Below, one piece after another: positions 19,347-29,070 of a DNA stretch of 39,575 bases. Numbering within the stretch: position 1 is the stretch's first letter; the number at the start of each line of letters is the position of its first letter. The notes under the pieces are model-generated. The model saw only the letters and a program-made list of their open reading frames with translations. It was not told the DNA's origin and ran no database searches. Made by a program: the position numbers and the translations under genes. The DNA is taken from sequence record SRR31156797_1028; one strand, given 5' to 3'.

Positions 19347-20726
19347 ATGGCAAAAAATATTTTAATTGTTGATGACGATAAGAACCTTTGCTTAATGATA
19401 GCCAGTTTGTTGGATGCATCAGGGTATAATACGCAAAGTGCATTCAGTTTGAATAGTGGGTACGAGATAGCTTTAACCAGCAGTTTCGATATCATTATGC
19501 TTGATGTACAACTGCCTGATGGGAATGGATTGGAATCCATTCCTCGTTTTTCAGCGCTTCCATCACAGCCAGAAATCATTATTATGACGGCGGCCGCCGA
19601 CTCCGATGGTGCCCAAAAAGCAATTGAGTCTGGAGCCTGGGATTACCTGGAAAAAACAAATATTATCAGGGAGCTAATGCTGCCTGTTACCAGAGCTTTG
19701 CAGTATAGGGAAGAGAAAAAAAAAATTGCATCAGCGCCAATTGTTCTCAAACGTAAAAATATCATAGGTGACAGTGGCGCTATAACTCAGAGTCTGGAGC
19801 AAGTAGCTTATTCGGCCGCAAGTGATGCTGCTGTTTTGATAACCGGTGAAACGGGAACAGGCAAAGAGGTCTTTGCCCATGCAATACATGACAACTCAAA
19901 GAGAGCAAAAAATAATTTTATTATTGTAGACTGTGCTGCATTACCTGCAACATTAATAGAAAGTAATCTTTTTGGTCATTCCAGGGGAGCATTTACAGGG
20001 GCTGATAAAAATAGTAACGGACTTATACTACAAGCGGATAGCGGTACACTTTTTCTTGATGAAATTGGTGAACTTCCCCTGGAGATACAGAAAACATTTC
20101 TCAGAGTTCTTCAAGAACGACGCTACCGGCCTGTTGGCAGTACAAAAGAAGTCTCTTCTGATTTTAGGGTAATTGCTGCTACAAATCGTAATCTAGAAGA
20201 AATGGTAGCCAAGGGTGGGTTCAGGGAGGATTTATTGTTTCGTTTAAGGTCCTTTCATATTGAGCTTCCTCCACTTCGTATGCGAGAAGGGGATATTTCG
20301 GAGTTAACACATTTTATTCTAGGAAGACTATGGCAACGGCAATGCCAGGATCCTAAAGCCATAAGCCGGGAATTTATTGAGTACCTTGAGCTTTACGATT
20401 GGCCGGGTAATGTGCGTGAGCTGCAGCAAACCCTTGAAGAGGTTGTTGCTCGTTCACAAGGTCACCAAACATTATTTGGTTTTCATCTGCCTGGTAGGAT
20501 TCGAATTAAGGCAACACAGGCTAACTTAAGCAATAGTGGGAAAGTAACTTCTGCAAACGGTATTATAGGGCCTAAAACCAAACCGTTGAAATGGAAAAAG
20601 TATAAAGGGGATATGGAGTCACAATACCTTAAACAAGTTATGGCCTACTGTGAAGGGGATGTGAAGCAGGCTTGCGAAGTCTCTGGAATATCCCGTGCAA
20701 GGCTTTATGAACTTTTAAAGAAATAA
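19347..20726 (+). CDS. Sigma54-dependent response regulator (NtrC-family enhancer-binding protein)
   Basis: REC (DVQLPD), Walker A GETGTGKE, intact GAFTGA, FLDEIGE, WPGNVREL, C-terminal Fis-type HTH. Confidence 0.96.
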   Translation: MAKNILIVDDDKNLCLMIASLLDASGYNTQSAFSLNSGYEIALTSSFDIIMLDVQLPDGNGLESIPRFSALPSQPEIIIMTAAADSDGAQKAIESGAWDYLEKTNIIRELMLPVTRALQYREEKKKIASAPIVLKRKNIIGDSGAITQSLEQVAYSAASDAAVLITGETGTGKEVFAHAIHDNSKRAKNNFIIVDCAALPATLIESNLFGHSRGAFTGADKNSNGLILQADSGTLFLDEIGELPLEIQKTFLRVLQERRYRPVGSTKEVSSDFRVIAATNRNLEEMVAKGGFREDLLFRLRSFHIELPPLRMREGDISELTHFILGRLWQRQCQDPKAISREFIEYLELYDWPGNVRELQQTLEEVVARSQGHQTLFGFHLPGRIRIKATQANLSNSGKVTSANGIIGPKTKPLKWKKYKGDMESQYLKQVMAYCEGDVKQACEVSGISRARLYELLKK

Positions 20727-20733
20727 ACTTCCG

Positions 20734-20765
20734 TCTGAAAAAACAGATTTATCTGGTTTCCCAGA
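20734..20765. promoter_or_regulatory. Paired palindromic enhancer (UAS)-like sites, copy 1
   Basis: TCTG-AAAAAA-CAGA (20734-20747) and TCTG-GTTTCC-CAGA (20752-20765), directly after the EBP stop codon. Confidence 0.7.
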
Positions 20766-20967
20766 ATATATTCTATTTACACCTGTTCTGATCGCAGATG
20801 CGCAATAGAACCTATTTTCGCTGTTCTAATATTCTTTTTGTTTCAAACTCTTTTTCGGAAAACAAGGCTTTTAAACTTGCGGGCAGCAAAAACTATGAGT
20901 TGTGTTTTTTGTCCTAAGGTTCTGTAGTTAAGTCTTTTTTGTGCTAGTGGTCGCGTTTTTCTAGATG

Positions 20968-20983
20968 TGGCACATATTCTGTA
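20968..20983 (+). promoter_or_regulatory. Sigma54 -24/-12 promoter (non-canonical -12)
   Basis: TGGCACATATTCTGTA: GG-N10-GT rather than GC; 40 nt upstream of ATG 21024. Confidence 0.55.
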
Positions 20984-21023
20984 ACAGTTTTGTCGATTTA
21001 GTTTATTAAACAAGGACAGAACT

Positions 21024-21410
21024 ATGAACCTGCTTTTTTACAGTTTAACCGACAGTGCGCACCGGTCTGAGCTTCTCCGTAAATTTGAGCTTATTATCCC
21101 CCAGCACCCCATTACAGACTTAGGTGTAGGCGGAGGAGTTGTTTCGCCGCTGTCCTTTACCATGCGTAGTGGTGATGTTATCATTGTGTATGTGGCTGAG
21201 CTCTATGAACTTGAGGTTTTGGTGGGGGCCCAAGAAAAGCTAGAAAGCTTCAGGAAAATCATACTATTGGAAAGCGGAGAGCTAGATCATTATTGGTTCT
21301 CTCTTTGCCGGCAGTTATCCCCCAGGTATATCGCCCACGGGTATTGTGCTGTGGAGGAGGTTGCAATTGTAGCATCAAAAATGATGGGGAATTACCTAAA
21401 AGGTAACTGA
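21024..21410 (+). CDS. Hypothetical protein, receiver-domain sized alpha/beta (128 aa)
   Basis: RBS AAGGA; alternating strand/helix pattern (LLFY, VIIVYV, KIILL, LSPRYI). Confidence 0.7.
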   Translation: MNLLFYSLTDSAHRSELLRKFELIIPQHPITDLGVGGGVVSPLSFTMRSGDVIIVYVAELYELEVLVGAQEKLESFRKIILLESGELDHYWFSLCRQLSPRYIAHGYCAVEEVAIVASKMMGNYLKGN

Positions 21411-21513
21411 AATTAGCCTCGAATAATTTGAGGATTAATACAACATAAAAGATGTACGAGTTGATGCATTTATTCATAACTCAATTTTTTTGGTGTGTGT
21501 CTTGTCTCCCTGG

Positions 21514-22395
21514 TGTCAATGGCAATCTAATAGTGTACCAATGTCGGTAATTGAAAAGTGTACCACCCATAGCCTCTTTACTCCGTGATCAGTTCGATCC
21601 ATTTGTTGCTTTTGTTTCTGTTCTTTGAAAATTTGTTTGAAACGAATGACCTCTGAGTCGTTGGCTAATCGCTATGTAGCTATGGCCTTTGATGTTAACC
21701 ACTCTGTAGTGACGGAGTAGCCTGTCCCGTATGGCCGTTGCAATGACCGGATCACCAACGAGTTCCTGCCAGTCTCCAAAGCTTTTGTTGGAGGGATTGA
21801 TCGTAGAGCTTTGTTCATATCTGTGGGAGGCAAACCTGAAAAAGAGATATACCTCTTTGGTTCTTACTGGCAGTTATCTACCTTGCCAACGAGTACTAGG
21901 TCAGGGAGGTGTACTTGGCCGTGACGGAATCGTTTGGATTTGCAACCTGAAGATTGCACCAGTCGACTTGCGCCTGTAAACCGGGCACAGTTTTAAAACC
22001 AGCATAGGCTAGACGACTACCGCGTTTTTTGGCCGAGCGTCCATGCGTTTTCACTGCTTTATAGGAACCAGAGTATCCCATCTTTTTCAAACCGTCATGG
22101 ATACAGGTGGATTGATAATCGTCTGCAGCGAGGCAGTCGTCTATGATTTGCCGATAAGGATCAAGGATGGAGGCCTGTATCTTTGGTTTGCGACATTGAG
22201 GAAAAGTGGCCTTTAATATGCTTTTTTACAGTGTTCCGTGAATACCAATTTTCTTGCCAAAGGCACGCATACTTGACCCTTGAGGTATACTGAAATAATG
22301 TGCATGGAAACCTCCGCTGTAATCATCCTGCTCACCTCCTCAATGGAGAGGGTAAACCGGAAGGGAGGTGGTACAGTTCTATCTCGCCAGTGACA
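21514..22395 (-). mobile_element. istA/istB: Internally deleted, decayed IS21-family element (istA 5' part joined to istB 3' part)
   Basis: Ends TGTCAATGGCAATCTAATAGTGTACCA and (reverse) TGTCACTGGCGAGATAGAACTGTACCA; IstA from 22326 (SILDPYRQII...MGYSGSY...TVPGLQAQVDW) and IstB tail (SNKSFGDWQELVGDPVIATAIRDRLL...VNIKGHSY, stop 21589-21591). Confidence 0.92.
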
Positions 22396-22537
22396 TGATA
22401 CGGCGGGGTGGGAGTAGGCACGTTAACAGGCAGGTGCAAGTTGGTGAGGGGTTGGTTTTTTCGATGCCTGCATTTTATTCCCCTTAGATCAGCTGGATAT
22501 TAAGGGCCCTATATAGTAACAGGAGTATTGGTATTCC

Positions 22538-24271
22538 GTGAAATCCTTTTCTACCTCTATCCTTGCTTTCCATACTGTCGTGATTGTTCTTACATGCTGC
22601 ATTGCGTGTTCTTCGGCTTGGGGGTTTGAGCGAAAAAGGAAACTACTGGTTTTACATTCATATCACCAAGGTCTCCAGTGGACTGATAGTATCTCGGAGG
22701 GTATTCAATCTGTTTTCAAACAGCTTCAGGGTTCGTATGAAGTTCATTTTGAGTATTTGGATGCGAAAAGAAGTTCGGCGAGCCGTTATCAAAAGAGATT
22801 ACTTGGATACATGGAAGAACCAGATCATTTTCACTACTTTGATGTAGTGATTGTGTCCGATAACATGGGCCTGGAATTTGTTGCCAGTAATTACGTTGCT
22901 CTTTTTCAGGATATACCAATCGTTTTTTGTGGCATCAACGGCTACAGTCCCCAACTAGTAGATTTTACATCTAAGATTACTGGAGTGGTTGAAACTACCG
23001 ATTACCATTCCACAATTGAATTGATGTTGACGCTCCATCCTGAGAAAAATAAAATTTTGGTCATCCTCGACCGAACCCCTACAGGAAACTTAATTGCCCA
23101 AGAGATTAAAGAAGTTGAAAAACAATTTGATCATATTGTATTTGAGTATTACAGAGACTTCGTGCTTCAGGATGTCCCTGCCAAACTGGAATCATTGGAT
23201 AATGACTATCTAATATATCAACTGACCTTTAATCGGGACAGGAATGATGCTTTTATCTCATATTCTGAAGGGATAGAGGTGGTCAGTAGGTATTCGACAG
23301 TCCCTGTATATGGATCATGGGATTTCTATCTTGATAAAGGAATAGTGGGGGGGGTAATTACAACAGGATATGGGCAGGGGCAAACTGCTGCGACCTTAGC
23401 GTTGAGGGTTTTACAAGGTGAGCCTGTTGAAAGTATAAACATTATAGACAATGCTCCTACTAAGGTCATGTTTGATTATACCTATCTCACTCACTATGGT
23501 GTGAACCCCTCTCGGCTGCCAAAGGATTCTGTAATTATAAACAGTCCTCCTTCATGGATGGAACGCAATCACAAAACGGTATACAGGCTTTCAGTAATAA
23601 TTCTTTCTGTTCTCGCGTTGTTTGTATATGTTCACTTCCGTCAGGCCAGAACATTGAGAAGTCAAAAACAGCTAAATGACGAACTTGACCGGAGAGTAAA
23701 GGAGAAAACACTGGAGTTTGAGATGGCTAACAGGGAATTGGCTAGGCTTTCCTATGTTGATGAGCTGACGGAATTATATAACAGAAGATATTTTAATAAG
23801 TGTTTGGATAAAGAATGGCAAAGACTCCAGCGTGTAGCCCAACCCCTGGCACTTCTGTTGTGCGACATAGATTTTTTTAAGCAGTATAATGATACCTATG
23901 GTCACCAAGCTGGCGACTATGCCATAGCTCAAGTTGCATCTCTCATATTAGGAAACGTTCGGAGAGCAGCTGAAATTGCTGCAAGGTATGGCGGGGAAGA
24001 ATTTGCTGTAATTCTCCCTCAGACAGACTTGGAAGGAGCTACATTTGTAGCTGAGAAGATCAGAAAAAGCTTAGGGGAAAAAAATATTCCACATAGCAAT
24101 TCAAGCATAAAAGATCGTTTATCTATAAGCATCGGTGTAGCAAGTGTAATCCCAAGTAATGCTAAGAATCCTACTCAATTACTGAGTCTTGCCGACGAAG
24201 CTCTTTACATGAGCAAAAAACGCGGTAGGGATCAAGTTTCCTCTGTTGATCAAATTGCAGGAAGTCTTTAG
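22538..24271 (+). CDS. Diguanylate cyclase with N-terminal ABC-type substrate-binding sensor domain
   Basis: Signal/TM, LVLHSYHQG..WT, PIVFCGIN, TM, DELT.LYNRR, DIDFFKQYND.YGH, GGEEF; RBS AGGAG. Confidence 0.95.
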   Translation: MKSFSTSILAFHTVVIVLTCCIACSSAWGFERKRKLLVLHSYHQGLQWTDSISEGIQSVFKQLQGSYEVHFEYLDAKRSSASRYQKRLLGYMEEPDHFHYFDVVIVSDNMGLEFVASNYVALFQDIPIVFCGINGYSPQLVDFTSKITGVVETTDYHSTIELMLTLHPEKNKILVILDRTPTGNLIAQEIKEVEKQFDHIVFEYYRDFVLQDVPAKLESLDNDYLIYQLTFNRDRNDAFISYSEGIEVVSRYSTVPVYGSWDFYLDKGIVGGVITTGYGQGQTAATLALRVLQGEPVESINIIDNAPTKVMFDYTYLTHYGVNPSRLPKDSVIINSPPSWMERNHKTVYRLSVIILSVLALFVYVHFRQARTLRSQKQLNDELDRRVKEKTLEFEMANRELARLSYVDELTELYNRRYFNKCLDKEWQRLQRVAQPLALLLCDIDFFKQYNDTYGHQAGDYAIAQVASLILGNVRRAAEIAARYGGEEFAVILPQTDLEGATFVAEKIRKSLGEKNIPHSNSSIKDRLSISIGVASVIPSNAKNPTQLLSLADEALYMSKKRGRDQVSSVDQIAGSL

Positions 24272-24464
24272 TCTCCGGTTGCAGGCAAATCGTTTGTAAT
24301 ATTTTCATATATCCTCAAGTCTATCTATTGCGTACCTCCCTGTTTTTTCAATGTTCAATTGGGCGCTTTAAGTAATAGCCTCCTTTTTTTCCTATCTAGA
24401 GATATTCCTTCTCGCCTATCAGGCTTAGATTCGCTTTGGGAGCAGGTCTCATTGTGTCAACTAT

Positions 24465-24495
24465 TCTGAAAAAACAGACTGTCTGTCTTTCTGGA
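24465..24495. promoter_or_regulatory. Paired palindromic enhancer (UAS)-like sites, copy 2
   Basis: TCTG-AAAAAA-CAGA (24465-24478, identical to 20734-20747) and TCTG-TCTTTC-TGGA (24482-24495). Confidence 0.7.
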
Positions 24496-24705
24496 TTATT
24501 CCGCACAATTTCAGGTTTCGAGGCGCGCTCTTGTTAGTTACCGATTTCACATCATTTTTTTAGCGGTTGTCGTGATAAATACACCTGTGTTTGTAAGGTA
24601 ATGTTTATGGAGGTTGTAAAATGCTCTGACCTTACATGTGCGGATTGTTTGTATCGTATTGACATTGTGGCTATTTTTTTGGATTTCAATCTTGATGGAT
24701 GAAAG

Positions 24706-24721
24706 TGGCATGTAGCTTGCT
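24706..24721 (+). promoter_or_regulatory. Sigma54 -24/-12 promoter
   Basis: TGGCATGTAGCTTGCT fits TGGCAY-N5-TTGCW. Confidence 0.8.
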
Positions 24722-24852
24722 GTAATAAGTGCAAGCACTTTGTACAGGAATTTATTTTTGTTGGTTTAAGGGCTGCATTAATTGGGTCATTTTTGAAACG
24801 ACAGTATTTAATTATTTGAAATGTAAATATTGAAATTACTTCAACAGACAAT

Positions 24853-25119
24853 GGCCTTATTGACCGTATTGATCGTATTAAGACGAATATTCAAAAGACA
24901 AAGGCGTTCATGGATATCGATCACAAGGTTATCTTTGCCTACACTCTTTTTGATGGCTTATCATCCTCAGAATCCTTTTTTATGGAAGCACTCTATGATT
25001 CAGGCCTTTTCCCTTGTCTGTTTGTTGGTGGTTCTGCAGGGGGAAAGCTTGATTTTAAAAACACATGGCTTCATGATGGACAAAAACAGTATAAAAATTA
25101 TGCACTCATAGCATCTTGA
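24853..25119 (+). pseudogene. Internal fragment of a FIST_N domain (FIST-MCP type)
   Basis: Frame open from 24820: DRIDRIKTNI...DIDHKVIFAYTLFDGLSSSESFFMEALYDSGLFPCLFVGGSAGGKLDF, with FIST DGL and GGSAG motifs; both ends missing. Confidence 0.8.
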
Positions 25120-25343
25120 CCTTAGGGAGAAACTGTAGTGCAGTTACCCCCTAGTGCATGACTAATTCTTTCTAGTCATTGCCACCTGGGTTTCCCTTCT
25201 CCTTACATTATCAACTCGTCTTTATATAACTCACGATACGGATACATAGGGATCTTGCGCTCTTTATTCGCAGTTCCTTTTTACACATACAAATACATTT
25301 GTTTCACCGTTCACCAAATCTTAATTTTAGAGGATACGTGTCA

Positions 25344-27515
25344 ATGAACATCAAGTCCGTCAGGAACAAAATTGCAGGTATTGCAGGTGCCTGCCTCGTC
25401 ATCTCTTCTGCTGTTCTGGTTGGTTACAACCTGTATTCAGGAAGAACCAGCCAAGAGTTGGTTAACACCCGTGTCTCATCGCTTATTGAGTCACGGTCAC
25501 TAGATGGTTTAAAAAATTTAGCTGGCAACTATGCTGGCAAAATTCAGGCTGAATTTCAAGTCGCCTTGAATGCAGCCCGTACAATGGCTGATACCTTTAT
25601 GGTGTCTAAATCTCAAGACAGCGGTAACCTGGAGCTGGGGCGAGATCAGATTAACGCTATTTTGTTAAAGGTGTTGAAAAACAACCCTAACTTCAATGGT
25701 ACGTATTCCTGTTGGGAACCAGATGCTCTTGATGGGCAGGATGACATGTTCAAAACTGGCAAGGACGGCAACAATAAAGTAACAGGCCGTTTTACACCTT
25801 ACTGGAATCGTGATAAGCGTGGCAATATTGCTGTTCAGCCTCTGGTTGAATATGACACCATGGACAGGCATCCCAATGGAGTTCTTAAAGGTGGATGGTA
25901 TATTGGACCAAGCCAAAATTTTACGGAAAGCGTGCTCGATCCTTTTCCTTATATTGTTCAGGGTGAGAAAGTGTGGCTCACCACCCTTTCGGTTCCAATT
26001 CGCGTTAACGGTACTTTTTACGGTGTGGCCGGCACTGACTACAACTTGAATTTTGTACAGAAAATGTCTGAAGATGTTGACAAGTTACTGTTTGAAGGAA
26101 AAGGGGAGGTTACCATTGTCAGTAACATGGGGCTGATTGTTGCTGATAGTGAACGTCCGGAATTAATTGGTAAGCATTTCAAGAACATCATTACTGATAA
26201 ATGGGAAAAATATTTAGAAGATATTCAGCAGGGAAAAAGTGTAGCTGAGCTCGATCAGGTTAATAAGATGTTTGAGGTATTTGCACCTATTGAACTTGGA
26301 CGAACAGGTAAACCCTGGTCCATCATGATCACTATTTCTCAAGATACGGTTTTGGCTGATGCGATTGCACTGGATAATGATCTTACTGCCGCAGCTAAGA
26401 CCAGTACAACTATGCTGATTAGTGTGGGGCTTGCAATCGCCGCAGTTTCTATTTTTCTGCTCTGGTATGCAGCAGGCGGAATCGTGCGGCCAATTCGTAA
26501 CACTGTTGATATGCTAAAAGATATCGCAGAAGGTGAAGGTGACCTTACCAAGCGTTTGGAAATAAAGGCTAAAGATGAAATGGGTGAGATGGCTACCTGG
26601 TTTAATCTTTTTATGGACAAACTTCAGGAGATGATTAGTCAAATCGTATCTGATGCGGATTCATTGAATACCTCGTCTTCATCGCTTTCTGCGATTGCGA
26701 CGCAGATGACTTCTGGTGCTCAGTCCATGACGGAAAGATCGAGAACTGTTGCAACAGGTGCAGGAGAAGTTGACAATAATATGGGTAGTGTTGCCTCATC
26801 CAGTGAAGAGGCAGCTACTAACGTGAATATGGTTGCTGCAGCAACTGAGGAAATGACTGCGACAATTAATGAGATTGCTCGTAAGTCTGATGAATCACAA
26901 AAGATCTCACAAGCAGCAGTTGAAAAGGCTGGTGAAGTGTCAGATAAGATAGGCGCACTTGGTAAAGGCGCACAAGAAGCCAGCAAGGTAACTGAAGTTA
27001 TATCTGATATATCAGAGCAGATTAATCTGCTTGCTCTGAATGCAACCATTGAGGCCGCCAGGGCAGGTGAATCAGGAAAAGGCTTTGCCGTTGTTGCTAC
27101 AGAAATAAAAGACTTAGCAAAGCAGACTGCTGAAGCAACCCAGGTAGTAAAGGATCAGATCGATAATATCCAGGGTGCTACAGGGGCAACAGTTACTGAG
27201 GTTGGAGAAATTCTTGAAATTATTCAGGATGTCAGCAATATTGTTTCCTCGATTACCGAAGAAGTTGGAAGCCAGGCGCAAGTAACTCAGGAGATAGCAG
27301 AAAATATTACACAGACCTCCCAGGGGATTCAGGAAGTCAATCAGAGTGTGAGTGAGAGCTCTGTTTTGGTCGGGTCGATCTCTACTGATATTACTGAGGT
27401 TAATCAGGCTGTACAAGAAGTTTCAGGCTCAATTAGCGAGGTGAACCTTAAGTCAGAAGAACTTGCAGCTATATCAGAGAAGTTGCAGGAACTTGTTGGC
27501 AGATTCAGGGTGTAA
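25344..27515 (+). CDS. Methyl-accepting chemotaxis protein (Cache-HAMP-MA)
   Basis: Two TMs, Cache motifs (GRFTPYW, WY.GP, DPFPY), HAMP ([14 protein letters not shown]), tip [35 protein letters not shown] before ATG 25344. Confidence 0.96.
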   Translation: MNIKSVRNKIAGIAGACLVISSAVLVGYNLYSGRTSQELVNTRVSSLIESRSLDGLKNLAGNYAGKIQAEFQVALNAARTMADTFMVSKSQDSGNLELGRDQINAILLKVLKNNPNFNGTYSCWEPDALDGQDDMFKTGKDGNNKVTGRFTPYWNRDKRGNIAVQPLVEYDTMDRHPNGVLKGGWYIGPSQNFTESVLDPFPYIVQGEKVWLTTLSVPIRVNGTFYGVAGTDYNLNFVQKMSEDVDKLLFEGKGEVTIVSNMGLIVADSERPELIGKHFKNIITDKWEKYLEDIQQGKSVAELDQVNKMFEVFAPIELGRTGKPWSIMITISQDTVLADAIALDNDLTAAAKTSTTMLISVGLAIAAVSIFLLWYAAGGIVRPIRNTVDMLKDIAEGEGDLTKRLEIKAKDEMGEMATWFNLFMDKLQEMISQIVSDADSLNTSSSSLSAIATQMTSGAQSMTERSRTVATGAGEVDNNMGSVASSSEEAATNVNMVAAATEEMTATINEIARKSDESQKISQAAVEKAGEVSDKIGALGKGAQEASKVTEVISDISEQINLLALNATIEAARAGESGKGFAVVATEIKDLAKQTAEATQVVKDQIDNIQGATGATVTEVGEILEIIQDVSNIVSSITEEVGSQAQVTQEIAENITQTSQGIQEVNQSVSESSVLVGSISTDITEVNQAVQEVSGSISEVNLKSEELAAISEKLQELVGRFRV

Positions 27516-27526
27516 TCGCAATACAA

Positions 27527-27564
27527 GGCAACAAGATAATGCTTGATTACATTATCTTGTTGCC
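27527..27564 (+). terminator. Strong stem-loop after MCP
   Basis: Perfect 15-bp stem GGCAACAAGATAATG / CATTATCTTGTTGCC with 8-nt loop; weak U-tract. Confidence 0.65.
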
Positions 27565-27627
27565 GTAGTAGCCTTTCTCATTTCAGTGATGAACAATTTA
27601 TAACCCCTGGCTGGTATACGAAATAAA

Positions 27628-28800
27628 ATGAAAGTCGCTACCAAAAAGAACATCGTTGATATGCTTGTAACAGGTCGTTCTGAAAAGACCTTTTTGGAAC
27701 ATGTTTGCGAGCTTGGCTTGAGTACAGACCTTGAAAAAAAATGTATTGAAGCTGACCGTGCGTTAAATACCGAAGATATAAATGGTAAACACCTCTACCT
27801 TACAAGGGAAGATGAAGGTGAGCTTGCCACGGAAGTTTTACTGGCAAGGCATAGGTTTACCCAGCTAGTTGCGGAAAATGTAGTTTTTCGCCAGGCAGCT
27901 TTAACCATCATTCAGAATATATATATATCTAAAGAAAGGAAAATTTTCTTTGGAGCTTCATTTGATATCGCTGAGACGGAAAGGCAGGTTGCACTGAATC
28001 TTTTTAGTCAACCTGTAGAAAGCGTTTCCGTCCCACTAGAAAAAACCTTTCAGCACCTGATAATTGCACGAGTGTGGGAACGTATATTGTACAAAGCGAA
28101 CCCGGAATTAATTGCTTCTAAAGCATTTGCTCAACTCAGGGACGTTGTGCAGCGGCTGAATACAGCCCGAAATATATATATCTTGTTGACTACGCGGTTG
28201 GTAGCAAAAATTACCTCCCAGATTCAAAAGACATATCAGCAATCGATAAATCATAGGGATGCTTGCCAAATTGCTAGTTTTGGGGTTGCCCGAGCCGCCT
28301 ATCGCTATCATCCTTGCATTGGGGTTCGTTTTTCTACATATGCCTCTAAGTGGATACAGAGAGAGGTTCAATTACAGGCTTTGAGCGGTCGCTTGATAAA
28401 GGTACCGGCAAGTCTGCTTGAAAAAATTTCAAAGGCATCAAGGACGGGGAATAAAGAAGAGGAGCAGCAGGCTGTAGATACACTTACAAATGCTGTTGTT
28501 GCTTTAAGTAGCGAAGAAAATATCCTTACACAACCTTCCCTTTCCTCTGCAGATCCTGCTGATGCGGCTGAACAAAAACAACTGGCAGGAATCTTGATAG
28601 GGGTAGTCGACTCTTTGTTGCCAGAAAAAAGTGCAGATATAGTTAAGCGAAGGTACGGCTTAAAACCCTATGGTGGTCAGCTCCAGTCGATGGTTGAGAT
28701 TAGTAAAGTCTATGGTGTTAGCAGGGGTAGTATTTATCAGTTGGAAAAAAAGGCTTTAAGGCAACTACGCAAACATCTGAGCTCTAAAGGAATAGCCTGA
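27628..28800 (+). CDS. Divergent RpoD/RpoS-like sigma70-family factor
   Basis: Region 1.2-like LTREDEGELA, region 2 (RLVAKI...FGVARAAYRY...GVRFSTYASKWI...RLIKVP), region 4 (IVKRRYGL...EISKVYGVSRGSIYQLEKKALRQLR). Confidence 0.88.
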   Translation: MKVATKKNIVDMLVTGRSEKTFLEHVCELGLSTDLEKKCIEADRALNTEDINGKHLYLTREDEGELATEVLLARHRFTQLVAENVVFRQAALTIIQNIYISKERKIFFGASFDIAETERQVALNLFSQPVESVSVPLEKTFQHLIIARVWERILYKANPELIASKAFAQLRDVVQRLNTARNIYILLTTRLVAKITSQIQKTYQQSINHRDACQIASFGVARAAYRYHPCIGVRFSTYASKWIQREVQLQALSGRLIKVPASLLEKISKASRTGNKEEEQQAVDTLTNAVVALSSEENILTQPSLSSADPADAAEQKQLAGILIGVVDSLLPEKSADIVKRRYGLKPYGGQLQSMVEISKVYGVSRGSIYQLEKKALRQLRKHLSSKGIA

Positions 28801-28836
28801 CAAGCATTATGCTTTTGTCACATAATTAAACAGGAA

Positions 28837-28931
28837 TGTAACTGCTCTCAGACGCCCCCCGGAGTCGCGGTTGGTCGCTTATCTGCGATAAATAGCACCT
28901 GTCCAAACATGAGGCACCTGTAGCAGTTGCA
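28837..28931. repeat. REP/MITE-like palindromic repeat related to 5251-5338
   Basis: TGTAACTGCT / AGCAGTTGCA termini (9/10), similar length and internal CCTGT...AAC...GCACC layout. Confidence 0.45.
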
Positions 28932-29070
28932 GGTTTTAGGTATGATAAATCAAAGGGTTGTCAACCCCGTTGATAGTTTTTTAAGTGCCTTTCGTCTCTC
29001 ATGTATGCTTTAAAAAAGGAACCAAACTAATCTGTAACTAATTAAACGATAAATTAATCAGGAGTACGAA

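Noticed and set aside
21731-22090. ORFs 21731-21979 (+) and 21896-22090 (-) as genes
   Set aside because: Both are explained by the IS21 remnant
24547-25111. ORFs 24547-24738, 24552-24851 and 24830-25111
   Set aside because: They overlap the sigma54 promoter region or are off-frame to the FIST fragment
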